Of a stretch of DNA of 64,000 bases, positions 25,913 through 36,941 are shown one piece after another. Position numbers and translations under genes: made by a program. The notes under the pieces are model-generated. The model saw only the letters and a program-made list of their open reading frames with translations, was not told where the DNA came from and did no database searches. Each line of letters begins with the position of its first letter. Within the stretch, counting starts at the first letter, position 1. Source of the stretch: a bacterium (lineage in GTDB: Bacteria; UBA8248; JACPRG01; G963555815); NCBI GenBank assembly GCA_965249615.1, contig CBDFMI010000006.1, forward strand, positions 9,933 through 73,932, given 5' to 3'.

Positions 25913-28900
25913 GTGCCACGTAGAACAGACATCCATCACATCTTCATCATCGGATCGGGGCCCATCGTTATCGGCCAGGCGTGCGAGTTCGACTACTCAG
26001 GCAGCCAGGCCTGCCGCGCCCTCATAGCGGACGGCTACGAGGTCACGTTGGTCAACAGCAACCCGGCCACCATCATGACGGACCCCGACGTGGCCACACG
26101 CACTTACGTGGAGCCGCTGACCCTAGAGACCGTCACCCGGATCCTGGAGATCGAGCGGCCCGACGTGCTCCTGCCGACGATGGGGGGGCAGACCGGTCTC
26201 AACCTGGGCGCGGATCTGGCGCGCGAGGGGGTTCTCGATCGCTTGAAGATCGAGATGGTCGGCGCGAAGCGCGACGTCATCGAACGGGCGGAGGATCGCT
26301 CTCTCTTCAAAAAGTGTGTAGAGTCCGTCGGGCTTCAGGTCCCCACCAGCGACTATGCGCGGAGCGAAGCGGAGGCCCACGCCATCGGGGAAACCCTCGG
26401 TTACCCGCTCATCATCCGGGCCTCCTTCACGCTTGGAGGGACAGGCGGCGGGGTGGCCTACAACCGGGAGGAGTTCCATGATGCGGTCCAACGCGGCCTC
26501 CGGGAGAGCCCGCGTCACGAGATCCTCATCGAGGAGTCCCTCCTGGGCTGGAAGGAGTTCGAGCTGGAGGTGATGCGCGACAGCGCCAACAACGCCTCCA
26601 TCATCTGCACCATTGAGAATTTCGACCCCATGGGCATCCACACGGGAGACAGCATCACCGTCGCACCCGCCCAGACCCTGACGGACCGTGAACTGCAGAC
26701 CCTCCGGGACGGGTCTCTCGCCCTCATCCGCGCGGTCGGCGTCGAGACCGGAGGTTCCAACATCCAGTTCGCCATCAATCCGCAGAACGGGGATCTGAGG
26801 GTCATCGAGATGAACCCACGCGTCTCCCGCAGCTCGGCCCTTGCCTCAAAAGCCACGGGTTTCCCCATCGCCAAGATCGCAGCCCGCCTCGCCGTGGGAT
26901 GGACGTTGGACGAGATCCGCAACGAGGTGACCGGTGAGACCCCCGCCTGCTTCGAGCCGGCCCTGGACTACGTCGTCGTCAAAATGCCCCGGTTCAACTT
27001 CGACAAGTTTCCGGGCGCGAGCCAAACCCTGGGTCTGGAGATGCGATCCGTTGGAGAGGCGATGGCCATCGGCCGCACTTTCCGGGAAGCGTTGGGCAAG
27101 GCGGTCCGCTCTCTGGAGACCGGGACGGACGGCCTTGACCTCCCGCCCGAAAATATCCCCGACGGACTTTCTGAGGAGGAACGGCGGAGCTTCCTCGAAG
27201 CCCAGATGGTTGAGGCAACACCTGAACGCCTCTGGTGGCTGGCAGAGGCGTTGCGGCAGGACTTCTCCGTAGAGGAGTGCGCCGAGGCCTCCAGAATCGA
27301 CCCCTGGTTTGTGGACCAGGTGGCCCAGATGGTGATGCTGGAAAAGAAGATCTCTCTTTCTGCCGACTCCCTCGACGAGGACCTTCTCAGAAAGGCCAAG
27401 CGCAGCGGTCTCTCCGACGCCACCATCGGTCGTCTCTCACGCCGGGGTGAGAAGGAGGTGCGAGAGCTGCGCCGAAGCCTGAACGTGTGGCCGGTCTTCA
27501 AGCGGGTGGACACCTGCGCGGGCGAATTCGAAGCCATCACGCCCTACTTTTACTCCTCCTACGAGGAGGAAACCGAGCTTCGGGACGTGGATGGGAGAAG
27601 TGTCCTCATCTTGGGCAGCGGGCCCAACCGGATCGGTCAGGGCCTTGAGTTCGACCACGGCTGCGTTCACGCCTCCCTTGCCCTGAAGAAACTCGGCGTG
27701 CGCTCCATCATGGTCAACTCCAACCCCTCGACCGTGAGCACCGACTACGACGTCTCCGATCATCTCTATTTCGAGCCCATCACCGCCGAGGACATTCTTC
27801 CCATCATAGAGGCGGAACGGCCCGAGGGCGTCATCGTTCAGTTTGGAGGCCAGACGGCGTTGAAACTGGCGGGGACCTTGGCGGAGGCGGGAATCCCCAT
27901 CCTGGGCACCCCGCCCGAAGTCATTGACCTGACGGAGGACCGCGGCCGCTTCCAAGTCTGGATGGAGTCCGCAGGACTTCTACAGCCCGAGAGCGGGGCG
28001 GCCCTGACGGTCGAGGAGGCCATTGCCCTGGCAAAGGCGATTGGCTATCCCCTCATCGTGCGACCCTCCTACGTCCTGGGCGGGCGAGCCATGCGGATTG
28101 TCTATGGAGAAGACGAACTCCTCGCGTACCTACAAGAGGCCTGGCACGCGGGAGCCGGAAAGGCCGTCCTCATCGACCGTTTCCTGGAGGCGGCCATTGA
28201 GCTGGAGGCCGACGCCATCTCCGACGGGGAATCCACGATTGTCGTCGGGGTGATGGAGCTCATCGAGGAGGCCGGTGTCCATTCCGGAGATTCGGCAGCC
28301 GCCCTTCCACCGCATAGCGTGTCCCCGGACATCGTCGAGGCCGTGAAGGATTTGGTGCGGACACTCAGCCGGTCCCTGGGCATCGTCGGCCTGATGAACA
28401 TGCAATTCGCCGTAAAGGACGGCCAAGTGTACGTGCTCGAGGTCAACGCCCGGGCCTCCAGGACCGTGCCCTTCGTGAGCAAGACCGCCGGACTCCTGGT
28501 GGCCCAACTGGCGACCCGGGCCATGATGGGCATTCCCCTTGCGGAGAGCGGCTTAACGGCGGACCCGGAATTTAAGCACGTGGCTGTCAAGGAGGCCGTC
28601 ATGCCCTTCCGCCGCTTCCGTGACGTGGATATCCTCCTCGGCCCGGAGATGAAGTCCACCGGAGAGGTGATGGGCATGGATCTGGACTTCCCGACGGCTT
28701 ACGTCAAGGCGCAACTGGGGGCCGGGATGGCGCTTCCGCATTCGGGACGGGCCTTTCTGAGCGTCAAGGACGAGGACAAACCAGCCCTGGTCGCCCTCGC
28801 CGAGGAGCTCCACCGGATGGGTTTCTCCATCCTTGCGACAGAGGGGACCGCGGGAGTCATCGGGGCGGTCGGCCTTCCAGTGGAGCGGGTCCTCAAGGTC

Positions 28901-29164
28901 AGGGAGGGAGGACCGAACATTGTGGATCGGATGATCAACGGCGATGTCCAGATCGTCATCAACACGAGCCTCGGGCGGAGCACCGTCAGGGACGCGTACT
29001 GGGTTCGCCGGGCCGCCGTCGATCTCGGAATTCCTTACACAACGACCATAACGGGCGCCTCGGCCCTGGTGCGTGGGATCCAGCGCCTCAAAGAGCGCGC
29101 CCTCGTCCCTCGATACCTCCAGGCCTCCCTCAAGGAACAGGCCAGGCTACAGGGAACGACCTAA
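25913..29164 (+). CDS. carB: carbamoyl-phosphate synthase large subunit
   Basis: 1083 aa with two ATP-grasp halves ([19 protein letters not shown]... and [17 protein letters not shown]...) and an MGS-like C-terminus. Confidence 0.95.
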   Translation: MPRRTDIHHIFIIGSGPIVIGQACEFDYSGSQACRALIADGYEVTLVNSNPATIMTDPDVATRTYVEPLTLETVTRILEIERPDVLLPTMGGQTGLNLGADLAREGVLDRLKIEMVGAKRDVIERAEDRSLFKKCVESVGLQVPTSDYARSEAEAHAIGETLGYPLIIRASFTLGGTGGGVAYNREEFHDAVQRGLRESPRHEILIEESLLGWKEFELEVMRDSANNASIICTIENFDPMGIHTGDSITVAPAQTLTDRELQTLRDGSLALIRAVGVETGGSNIQFAINPQNGDLRVIEMNPRVSRSSALASKATGFPIAKIAARLAVGWTLDEIRNEVTGETPACFEPALDYVVVKMPRFNFDKFPGASQTLGLEMRSVGEAMAIGRTFREALGKAVRSLETGTDGLDLPPENIPDGLSEEERRSFLEAQMVEATPERLWWLAEALRQDFSVEECAEASRIDPWFVDQVAQMVMLEKKISLSADSLDEDLLRKAKRSGLSDATIGRLSRRGEKEVRELRRSLNVWPVFKRVDTCAGEFEAITPYFYSSYEEETELRDVDGRSVLILGSGPNRIGQGLEFDHGCVHASLALKKLGVRSIMVNSNPSTVSTDYDVSDHLYFEPITAEDILPIIEAERPEGVIVQFGGQTALKLAGTLAEAGIPILGTPPEVIDLTEDRGRFQVWMESAGLLQPESGAALTVEEAIALAKAIGYPLIVRPSYVLGGRAMRIVYGEDELLAYLQEAWHAGAGKAVLIDRFLEAAIELEADAISDGESTIVVGVMELIEEAGVHSGDSAAALPPHSVSPDIVEAVKDLVRTLSRSLGIVGLMNMQFAVKDGQVYVLEVNARASRTVPFVSKTAGLLVAQLATRAMMGIPLAESGLTADPEFKHVAVKEAVMPFRRFRDVDILLGPEMKSTGEVMGMDLDFPTAYVKAQLGAGMALPHSGRAFLSVKDEDKPALVALAEELHRMGFSILATEGTAGVIGAVGLPVERVLKVREGGPNIVDRMINGDVQIVINTSLGRSTVRDAYWVRRAAVDLGIPYTTTITGASALVRGIQRLKERALVPRYLQASLKEQARLQGTT

Positions 29165-29402
29165 GCGGGGATCTTCGTCCTGTCTGGTCTTCTCCTCGCC
29201 AATCGCACTCTTTTCATCATCCTCTCAAGATCCTAAACCGACGGCCTCGCTCTGGGGCAGGGTGGGCTCTCGTTTCCCTGGAGACGCCTGAAACCCCCAG
29301 GAATATCAACAGGCTACAATGTTCACACCTGAATCGAAGTTGACCCGGGAGGCTCTCTCTGCCAATATCCTGCAGACCACTTTAAAAAGAGGATCATGAG
29401 GA

Positions 29403-30278
29403 ATGGAAATTCTCTCACGTATTCTTCTACATAGCCTGGACGGATTTGTCTTCGGCTGGCTCTATGCCCTCATCGCTTTCGGCCTCAGCCTGATCTTCGG
29501 CATCCTCCTCATCATCAACGTGGCCCACGGCGCCCTCTACATGCTGGGGGCGGTTTTCGGGTGGTTCTTCGTCCAAGGGATCACGGGGGATACGGGGAAT
29601 TTCTGGCTGGGCCTCCTCTTGGCCCCCTTGGTTGTGGGTGCATTGGCGATCCTCACGGAAATGACCATCCTCAGGCCTATTGAACATCAGCCCATCATGA
29701 CCATCCTTTCGACCTTCGGGCTGATGCTGATCTTCGAGAACCTGGTCCTCGGCTGGGTCGGAGGCCAGGCCATCATCGTCGAGGCGGGGATCACAGGCAG
29801 ATTTCCCCTGCTCATTTACCAGTATCCCTACTACCGCATCTTCGTGATGGTCGTCTCCATCTCCGTCTCGATCGGGCTTTGGGCCTTTCTTCAAAAGACG
29901 AAATACGGACTTTGGGTGCGCGCCGTCCGTCAGAACAAGGACCTCGCTTTGGCGGACGGGATCCCGGTGCGCAGGGTGAACACCTTCGCCTTCGGCTTGG
30001 GGGGTGTCCTGGCAGGCCTGTCCGGGGCGCTGGCAGCGCCCATCGTCTCCGTCAGCTATCAGATGGGGCTGAATATCCTCATCGTGGCCTTCATCGTCGT
30101 CATCGTGGGAGGGTTGGGAAACCTTTTGGGAGCGGTGGTCGCCGGCCTCATCTTCGGGGAGGTGGAGAGCATGAGCGCCCTCATCGTCAACCCGACGTGG
30201 GCCCGGGTCATCGCCCTCCTTTTTGTGACCGCCTTCCTATTCTTCCGGCCGAACGGGCTCCTCAGTAGGACACGGTGA
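29403..30278 (+). CDS. livH: branched-chain amino-acid ABC transporter permease
   Basis: LivH-type multi-TM protein. First gene of an H-M-G-F order. Confidence 0.8.
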   Translation: MEILSRILLHSLDGFVFGWLYALIAFGLSLIFGILLIINVAHGALYMLGAVFGWFFVQGITGDTGNFWLGLLLAPLVVGALAILTEMTILRPIEHQPIMTILSTFGLMLIFENLVLGWVGGQAIIVEAGITGRFPLLIYQYPYYRIFVMVVSISVSIGLWAFLQKTKYGLWVRAVRQNKDLALADGIPVRRVNTFAFGLGGVLAGLSGALAAPIVSVSYQMGLNILIVAFIVVIVGGLGNLLGAVVAGLIFGEVESMSALIVNPTWARVIALLFVTAFLFFRPNGLLSRTR

Positions 30279-31297
30279 TGGCCCAATCCACGCTTCGAAG
30301 CTCAAACTCTGCCCGCACGGCCCCTTTCCTACTCCTCGCTCTCGGGGTTCTCGCCGTTTCACCCTTTGCACTGGGGAGCTTTGGGGTTGAATTCCTGATG
30401 GAGATCCTCATCTGGGGGCTGCTGGCCCTCTCCTTCGATTTTCTCTACGGGTATACAGGGCTCCTCAGTTTGGGTCACTCGGTCTTCTTTGGAGTAGGTG
30501 TCTACGGAGTGACCCTCCCTATTCTGCACTGGCAAACGGGCCTCTGGCCCGCTATGGGGATTGGGCTCTTGGTCTCGGCCATCTCCGCGGTCATCGTCGG
30601 GTACTTCTCCGTCAAGATCCGGGGCCACGGGTTCATCATCGTGACGGTGGTCTTCGCAACTGTCATGACCCTGATCGCCTTCGCCTTAAGGTCCGTGACC
30701 GGAGGGGACGACGGCCTCACTTTCACCCGGCCAGCCCTGACCCTAGGCCCTCTGGAGCTGAATCTGGTTCATCAGTTGACGAGGTACTATTTCGTTCTCT
30801 TCTTCGTGGCCCTGTCCTTTTTCCTCTGCCGGCGCATCCTCCGCTCTCCTCTGGGACGGGTCTTCGAGCTTATTCGGGAAAATGAAACCCGGGCCGGCTT
30901 CGTGGGCTATAACGCAGACCGTTACAAGCTCATCTCTTTTTCCATCTCGGGGATTTTCGCCGGGGTATCGGGCATCCTCTACGCACTCTTCTTGGGCTTC
31001 GCCAGCGCCGACTTCTTCCAGTGGACCATTTCTGCGGAGGCCGTTGTCTGGACCCTCTTCGGCGGGGCGGGGACCCTCATTGGCCCCATGCTGGGGACCG
31101 GGATCTTGCTCTACTTGAAAGAACTGCTGAGCAGCCAGTGGGCCTTTACATACCTCATCTTTCTAGGGGCCATTATTATCGTTGTCGTGACGTTCGCCCC
31201 CCGCGGCCTGGTGGGGGAGGCAAGAGAAATTTTCGCCCGTCTCCGGGAAAGACGTCCCAAGAAAGAGGGGGGGGCTTCCACTGTTGCAAAGCCCTGA
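30275..31297 (+). CDS. livM: branched-chain amino-acid ABC transporter permease
   Basis: LivM-type permease. Overlapping start and stop with its neighbours. Confidence 0.8.
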   Translation: MMAQSTLRSSNSARTAPFLLLALGVLAVSPFALGSFGVEFLMEILIWGLLALSFDFLYGYTGLLSLGHSVFFGVGVYGVTLPILHWQTGLWPAMGIGLLVSAISAVIVGYFSVKIRGHGFIIVTVVFATVMTLIAFALRSVTGGDDGLTFTRPALTLGPLELNLVHQLTRYYFVLFFVALSFFLCRRILRSPLGRVFELIRENETRAGFVGYNADRYKLISFSISGIFAGVSGILYALFLGFASADFFQWTISAEAVVWTLFGGAGTLIGPMLGTGILLYLKELLSSQWAFTYLIFLGAIIIVVVTFAPRGLVGEAREIFARLRERRPKKEGGASTVAKP

Positions 31298-32042
31298 GGA
31301 CGCCATCCTCCTAAAGGTGGAGGGTCTTGCAAAACACTTCGGAGGCCTGACCGCGGTGGACGGGGTTGATATCAAGGTCCGCCGGGGTGAGTTGCGGGCC
31401 ATCATCGGGCCGAACGGAGCCGGCAAAACCACCTTTTTTAACCTGGTGAGCGGAGGGCTGACTCCCACCGCAGGCAAGGTCTATTTCAACGGAGAAGACA
31501 TCACCGCCTTTCCCCCTGATCGGATCGTCAAGAAGGGGATCGGACGCACCTTTCAGGTCACGAGCATCTTCCCAAATCTGACGGCCCTCGATAACATCCA
31601 GTCGGCGATTCAGGGACGAAAAGGTTCGCCACACCCTTTCAGAAGTCTCCACAGCTTGCGGGACACCTGGGACCAGGCCCAGGAGACCCTGGAGCTTTTG
31701 GGGATGGGGGATCGGGCAAATGTGCTGGTCTCGGAGCTCTCCCATGGGGAGCAGAAGCTGGTGGACATCGGGATCGCCCTGGGCTCGGACCCGGAGATGT
31801 TGCTTCTGGATGAGCCGACTGCGGGACTGGGCGCAGCCTCGACCCACGCCATGACAGACAGGATTCAGAAGCTCGCCGAAACCCGGACCATTATGATCGT
31901 GGAGCACGACATGAAGGTCATCATGACCCTGGCCGAGAGGATCTCGGTCCTCCACCACGGGAAGATGCTTGCCGAGGGGACCCCTGATGAGATCCAGGCA
32001 GACGCGGAGGTCCGTCGCGTCTACCTCACCCGAGAGGTGTGA
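31284..32042 (+). CDS. livG: branched-chain amino-acid ABC transporter ATP-binding protein
   Basis: GPNGAGKTT Walker A, LSHGEQKLVDIGIAL signature, LLLDEPTAGL Walker B. Confidence 0.85.
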   Translation: MQSPEDAILLKVEGLAKHFGGLTAVDGVDIKVRRGELRAIIGPNGAGKTTFFNLVSGGLTPTAGKVYFNGEDITAFPPDRIVKKGIGRTFQVTSIFPNLTALDNIQSAIQGRKGSPHPFRSLHSLRDTWDQAQETLELLGMGDRANVLVSELSHGEQKLVDIGIALGSDPEMLLLDEPTAGLGAASTHAMTDRIQKLAETRTIMIVEHDMKVIMTLAERISVLHHGKMLAEGTPDEIQADAEVRRVYLTREV

Positions 32043-32043
32043 G

Positions 32044-32742
32044 ATGCTGCGCCTGGAAGGACTGAACGCCTTCTATCAGAAAAGCCACATCCTCTGGGAT
32101 GTTTGCCTGGAAGTGAAGGAGGGGGAAAGAGTCGGCTTGGTGGGGCGAAACGGTGTGGGGAAGACCACCCTCCTTCGGACGATCATGGGACAGGTGGCGG
32201 ACCGCTCAGGCGCCATCCAGTACGGGGACCAGGACATCTTACACGTCTCCCCCCACAAGCTCCCGCATCTGGGCATTGGTTACGTCGCCCAAGAACGGGC
32301 CGTCTTTGCCGAGTTCACGGTCCGGGACAACCTGCGGATCGCCTCCTTGAACGGCGATCTGGACCCGGAAGTGCTGACCGAGGTCTTCACTTATTTTCCA
32401 AAGCTGCAGGAGCGGATGGGCCAGTTGGCGGGCACCCTGAGCGGGGGAGAACGTCAGATGCTGACCATGGCCAGGGCCTTCGTTAAAAAACCGCAGTTAA
32501 TGCTCCTGGACGAGCCCACCGAAGGCCTGATGCCCTCGGCGGTGGAAACGGTGGAGAACACCATTCGCGCCCTGGCAGAAAGGGGAATGGGTGTCCTCCT
32601 GGTGGAGCAGAGTCTGGCCACGGTCCTTACCGCCTGCGACCGGATCTATGTCATGGAAAAGGGTTCTATTGTCCACGAGGAAACCGTCTGCGAGACGAGC
32701 GAGAAGACCATCGGAGGGTACCTTGGAGTCGGCGGCGGTTAA
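32044..32742 (+). CDS. livF: branched-chain amino-acid ABC transporter ATP-binding protein
   Basis: Starts MLRLEGLNAFY... GRNGVGKTT, LSGGERQMLTMARAF, LMLLDEPTEGL. Confidence 0.85.
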   Translation: MLRLEGLNAFYQKSHILWDVCLEVKEGERVGLVGRNGVGKTTLLRTIMGQVADRSGAIQYGDQDILHVSPHKLPHLGIGYVAQERAVFAEFTVRDNLRIASLNGDLDPEVLTEVFTYFPKLQERMGQLAGTLSGGERQMLTMARAFVKKPQLMLLDEPTEGLMPSAVETVENTIRALAERGMGVLLVEQSLATVLTACDRIYVMEKGSIVHEETVCETSEKTIGGYLGVGGG

Positions 32743-32758
32743 AAGGAGTCCAGACCTC

Positions 32759-32792
32759 AAAAAAAGCCCGCGGGAGAAATCAGATCCCGCGG
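32759..32792 (-). terminator. rho-independent terminator of the minus-strand binding-protein gene
   Basis: CCGCGGGA (32768-32775) pairs with TCCCGCGG (32785-32792). The A-run 32759-32765 reads as a T-run on the minus strand. Confidence 0.6.
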
Positions 32793-32837
32793 ACTCGCCT
32801 CAGCCGTTAATAAAAAAGGCCCTATCAGCTTTCTAGC

Positions 32838-34100
32838 TCATATCTTCAAGTTGCCCTGAGGCGGGTACATCCCGTCCTCTTTGGGCACCCTGCCCGCGAG
32901 TTTAAATTCTCCATTCACAACCTGCTGGATGTAGACGTCCATGAAGGCCTGATGGTCTACGTCCCGGATGAGCTTCCCGCCGTGGGGGAACTCAAAACTG
33001 CTCTTCGTCTCGTGCCCCTGGAGGAATTTGATGATGTCCACCATGTTCTTCTTTTTCCTGTAGCCCGTCGCCTCCACGGCGTTCTTGAGAAGATAAAGAT
33101 TTTCCCAGCCCAGCACGTTATGGGCGTGGCCCGAGACGCGTCTCCGCTTGAGGTCCATCCCCTCCTCATCCACCCCAATGGCCTTCCTGAAGGCCGTGTC
33201 GAAAGGTCTGAGGTCCTCCGGCACCTCCTCGAGACGCTGAACAAAGGGGCCGTGGAAGAAGTTCCCCTCGAAAGGTCTCAGGTCCAGCCCCTCGACGCTG
33301 TCATAGACGCCGAGAAACTTGAACTTTTCCATGATGCCCAGGTTCTCGGCCTGCTGGATAAAGGAGGCCGCGCTCGCACTGAAGAAGGCATGGAAGATGA
33401 CCTCCGTCTCATCCTGTCTGATTCGGCTGAGATAAGGGACCATGTTGTCGGTTCCAAGGGGGACCATGATTCTGTCGATGGCCTTGCCGCCCAGGTGCTC
33501 GACCCGCTCGGCCCAACGGTTCACCTGGTCCTGCCCCCAGGCGTAATCCAACCCCATGAGTGTCCAGTTCTTGCCCAGGTTCTCCACCGCCCAAGCCGAG
33601 GCAGAGAAGACCTCGTGTAGGACGCTCTGGTTCATGCGAAAGACAAAGGGGTTCCCCTTGGCGCCCATAATAGAAGTGGCGGCGCCGTTGGGGAAACCTA
33701 CTGTCTTCAGCTCCGCATAGATGGGGTTGGTCGCCAGGCAGATTCCGCTGTGGTGGGAGCCGATGACGAAGTCCACCTTATCCCGCTGAATGAGTTTTCG
33801 AGTCTTTCTCACACCGCTCGGCGGCTTGGACTCTGTGTCCTCCACGATGAGAGCGACCTCGCGGCCCGCGATGCCGCCATTCTCGTTGATCAGTTGCACT
33901 GCCGCCTTGGCGCCGTTGCTAATCCAGTATCCGAACTCCGCCAGAACTCCCGTGAGCTCAGCCGTCAGCCCCACCTTGATGGGCGAGGCCGCGTGGGTGT
34001 AAACGACTGGCGCGAGCTGGGCCGCCCCCGCCGCTGCCACCACGACGCCGGACTTCTTCAGAAATTGCCGCCTCGTGACGCCCTTCGGTCGTCCTTCCAT
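32838..34100 (-). CDS. ABC transporter substrate-binding protein (Leu/Ile/Val-binding family) with twin-arginine signal
   Basis: MEGRPKGVTRRQFLKKSGVVVAAAGAA..., then a type-I periplasmic binding fold (IKVGLTAELTGVLAEFG...). Confidence 0.75.
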   Translation of the reverse strand: MEGRPKGVTRRQFLKKSGVVVAAAGAAQLAPVVYTHAASPIKVGLTAELTGVLAEFGYWISNGAKAAVQLINENGGIAGREVALIVEDTESKPPSGVRKTRKLIQRDKVDFVIGSHHSGICLATNPIYAELKTVGFPNGAATSIMGAKGNPFVFRMNQSVLHEVFSASAWAVENLGKNWTLMGLDYAWGQDQVNRWAERVEHLGGKAIDRIMVPLGTDNMVPYLSRIRQDETEVIFHAFFSASAASFIQQAENLGIMEKFKFLGVYDSVEGLDLRPFEGNFFHGPFVQRLEEVPEDLRPFDTAFRKAIGVDEEGMDLKRRRVSGHAHNVLGWENLYLLKNAVEATGYRKKKNMVDIIKFLQGHETKSSFEFPHGGKLIRDVDHQAFMDVYIQQVVNGEFKLAGRVPKEDGMYPPQGNLKI

Positions 34101-34294
34101 CCCCAACTCTCCTTCCCCGACAAAGATCTCGAGGCTTGCCAAATACAGGCGCTCAGGTCAAACCAAAGACCCCCTTCACCTGTGAATGACCCGTCTCTTC
34201 TCTGTTCAGAAGAATGCTGAATGAAAATTATTTTTTCAGTTCTTTCTTTCATTGTCAAGGTGATCATCGAAAGGGACGCGAGAGCGCGCGGACC

Positions 34295-35881
34295 TCACCC
34301 CCCGAGATCTACCTGATAGATCTCCCTTATCTCTTTCAGGGCAACCATCTTCTTTATCGCGGCTGCGGGAACGGCGTTGTCCACATGGATGGTCGAGAGG
34401 GCGAGCCCCCGGGGTCGCATCCGGCCAAGCCGCCACTCAGCGATGTTAACCCCGTGGCGGCCGAGCAGGGAGCCCACTCTCCCGATGACCCCCGGGACGT
34501 CCTTACTCTCCATGATGAGAAGTCGGCCTTCGAGGGGGGCCTCCAGATGCATGCCGTCCAGGCGCACCAGGCGGGGGCTGTTGTCTCCGAATACGGTCCC
34601 CGCCACCAGGCGCCTTCCCTTTTCGGAGCGGACATCGATGGAGACCAAAAAGGATTCTCCCTGACCCTTATCTCGGGCGGAACGCGTCTTCACCTCGACG
34701 GCGATCCCCCTTTCCTCTGCAATAAGCGGGGCATTAATGACGTTGACAGGCTCTTCGAGGACGTGACTGAAGAGACCGCCCAATGCCGCTGCCGCCAGCG
34801 AGGCACTCTGGTCCTTCAGCTGCGCCCCGAGAGAGATCTGCATTTCCCTGACCTGTCCCTTCACCAGCTGGGCTTGAAGGCGTCCCAGGAGCGTCGCGAG
34901 GCGATGGAAGGGCTCGTGGCCTGAGGGGTCCTGGCCCGCGTAGGGAACGTTGACCGCGTTTCGGAATTGTCCGGTTCGAAGGACCTCCACAATCTCCTCT
35001 GCGATGGCCTGGCCCACGGCCGCCTGGGCCTCTTCCGTGGCCGCCCCGAGATGCGGTGTCCCCACCACAGTCCCGAGAGTTAGGAGGGGATGCTTCCCCG
35101 GAGGCTCCTTTCCCCAGACGTCGAGGGCCGCCCCGGCCACCCTGCTGGCCCGTAAGGCTTCATAGAGCGCGGACTCGTCAATAAGGCCTCCTCGGGCCGT
35201 GTTGATGAGGCGAACATGCCGCTTCATGAGGGCGATGGCCTTGGCGTCGATTATATTGTGAGTCTTCTCAGTGAGGGGAACGTGGAGGCTCACATAGTCG
35301 GCCTGGCGGAACAGGCTCGCAAGGGGTTTTAGGTCTATACCCAGCTCCCGAGCCCTCGTGCGGGCCACATAGGGGTCGTGGCCCAGCACCTTCATGCCAA
35401 GGCCTTGGGCCAGTTTGGCCACCTGGCAGCCAACGTTCCCAAGCCCCACAAGGCCAAGGATCTTCCCCCCCACCTCGGCGCCTTGGAGACGCTGCCGTTC
35501 CCAGCGCCCGGCCCGCATCGTCCGGTCGGCCTCCGAGACCCTTCGGGACAGGGCGAGAATAAGAGCGATGGTGTGCTCGGCCGCTGACCGGATGTTCCCA
35601 TGGGCCGCGTTCATCACGGCGACGCCCGCCCGGGTGGCCGCTCCTACGTCGATGTTGTCCAAGCCAACCCCGGCCCGGCCGATCACCTTGAGCCGGGTCC
35701 CCGCCTGGATGACCCGCTTCGTAACTTTCGTCTGGCTTCGGACAATGAGGGCATCATAAGCGGGAATCACCTTCACGAGACGGGCCTCGGAGAGACCCAG
35801 CTGAAGGTCCGCCTTGAGGCCTGCCTTCTTGAGAACCCCCAGTCCCTTGGGGTGGATGGAATCTGATACGAGAACCCGCAT
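34295..35881 (-). CDS. serA: D-3-phosphoglycerate dehydrogenase (long form with ACT domain)
   Basis: 528 aa. GLVGLGNVGCQVA NAD-binding motif. C-terminal ACT-like region ...DVPGVIGRVGSLLGRHGVNIA. Confidence 0.9.
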   Translation of the reverse strand: MRVLVSDSIHPKGLGVLKKAGLKADLQLGLSEARLVKVIPAYDALIVRSQTKVTKRVIQAGTRLKVIGRAGVGLDNIDVGAATRAGVAVMNAAHGNIRSAAEHTIALILALSRRVSEADRTMRAGRWERQRLQGAEVGGKILGLVGLGNVGCQVAKLAQGLGMKVLGHDPYVARTRARELGIDLKPLASLFRQADYVSLHVPLTEKTHNIIDAKAIALMKRHVRLINTARGGLIDESALYEALRASRVAGAALDVWGKEPPGKHPLLTLGTVVGTPHLGAATEEAQAAVGQAIAEEIVEVLRTGQFRNAVNVPYAGQDPSGHEPFHRLATLLGRLQAQLVKGQVREMQISLGAQLKDQSASLAAAALGGLFSHVLEEPVNVINAPLIAEERGIAVEVKTRSARDKGQGESFLVSIDVRSEKGRRLVAGTVFGDNSPRLVRLDGMHLEAPLEGRLLIMESKDVPGVIGRVGSLLGRHGVNIAEWRLGRMRPRGLALSTIHVDNAVPAAAIKKMVALKEIREIYQVDLGG

Positions 35882-35882
35882 T

Positions 35883-36941
35883 TCAGCCCTCCAGCAACTC
35901 GTCGATGTCCCGCGTCAATTCCTGGACGTCTTCCAGCGTCAAGTCCCCCATGTGCCCGATGCGAAAGCCCGTCTTTTTAAAGGGGCCATAGCCCGACGCA
36001 ACGAGCTTCCCTTTCTCTCGCAGGGCTTGCCTCAACTTCCCCACGTCAGCCCCCCGCGTATCTTTCACGGCCGTCACCGTCGGAGATTCAACGCCAGGCT
36101 CCGGCAGGAGGTCAAAACGGCTTCGGGCCCACTTCTGCACATGATGGGCCATCTCGGCGTGGCGCCGGTAGCGCCGCTCGAGACCTTCCGCCTCTATGTC
36201 CTTAAGCTGCTGTCTCAGGGCGTAGAGGTGGGGAATGCTGGGCGTAAAAGGGGCCTCATCCCGGGCCGCGTTCTCTTCGTACTGAAAGAAATCGAAATAG
36301 AGGCCCCGGTGAGGGACGGTCTTCGCCCGCTCCAGGGCATCCTCCGAGACAGCGCAGACAGAGGCGCCGGGGGGAAGCGCCAGGGCCTTTTGAACACCGG
36401 CCAGGCAGACGTCGATGCGGAGGTCGGCCACCGGGATGGGGACGGCTCCAAGAGAGCTGACGGCGTCCACCAGCAAGAGGACTCCCGGAAATTCACGGAC
36501 CACGGCGGCAATCTCCCGAAGGGGGTTTATCACACCCGTGCTCGTCTCATTATGGACCAGGGCGACCGCGTCGATCTCATCCCCTTTAAGCGCCTCCCGG
36601 ACTTGGCTGGGCTGGATGGCTTTTCCCGGCTCGACCCGAACGGTCCTTGTTTCCTTTCCGTTGGCCACGGCGATCTCGTACCATCTCTCCCCGAAGGCCC
36701 CGCAGATCAAGTGAAGTGAGCGGCGCCGGACACAATTTCGGATGGCCGCCTCCATCACACCCGTGGCCGATGAGGTCATGAGATAGACGGGCCTTTCGAC
36801 CCCAAGAAGCCGCCTGAGAGGGCCCTGAATCTCCCGATGGAGGGCCCGAAATTCCTCGCTGCGGTGGCCGACGGGGGGACGCGCCATCTCCTCGCGGATG
36901 GAGGGCCGCACGTCGGTGGGACCGGGAAGGAAGATCTTCAT
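35883..36941 (-). CDS. class V aminotransferase, probable phosphoserine aminotransferase by context
   Basis: MKIFLPGPTDV...HNETSTGV...DAVSSLGAVP...GVQKALALPPG contains the PLP-lysine region. Lies between serA and a phosphoserine-phosphatase-like gene. Confidence 0.7.
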   Translation of the reverse strand: MKIFLPGPTDVRPSIREEMARPPVGHRSEEFRALHREIQGPLRRLLGVERPVYLMTSSATGVMEAAIRNCVRRRSLHLICGAFGERWYEIAVANGKETRTVRVEPGKAIQPSQVREALKGDEIDAVALVHNETSTGVINPLREIAAVVREFPGVLLLVDAVSSLGAVPIPVADLRIDVCLAGVQKALALPPGASVCAVSEDALERAKTVPHRGLYFDFFQYEENAARDEAPFTPSIPHLYALRQQLKDIEAEGLERRYRRHAEMAHHVQKWARSRFDLLPEPGVESPTVTAVKDTRGADVGKLRQALREKGKLVASGYGPFKKTGFRIGHMGDLTLEDVQELTRDIDELLEG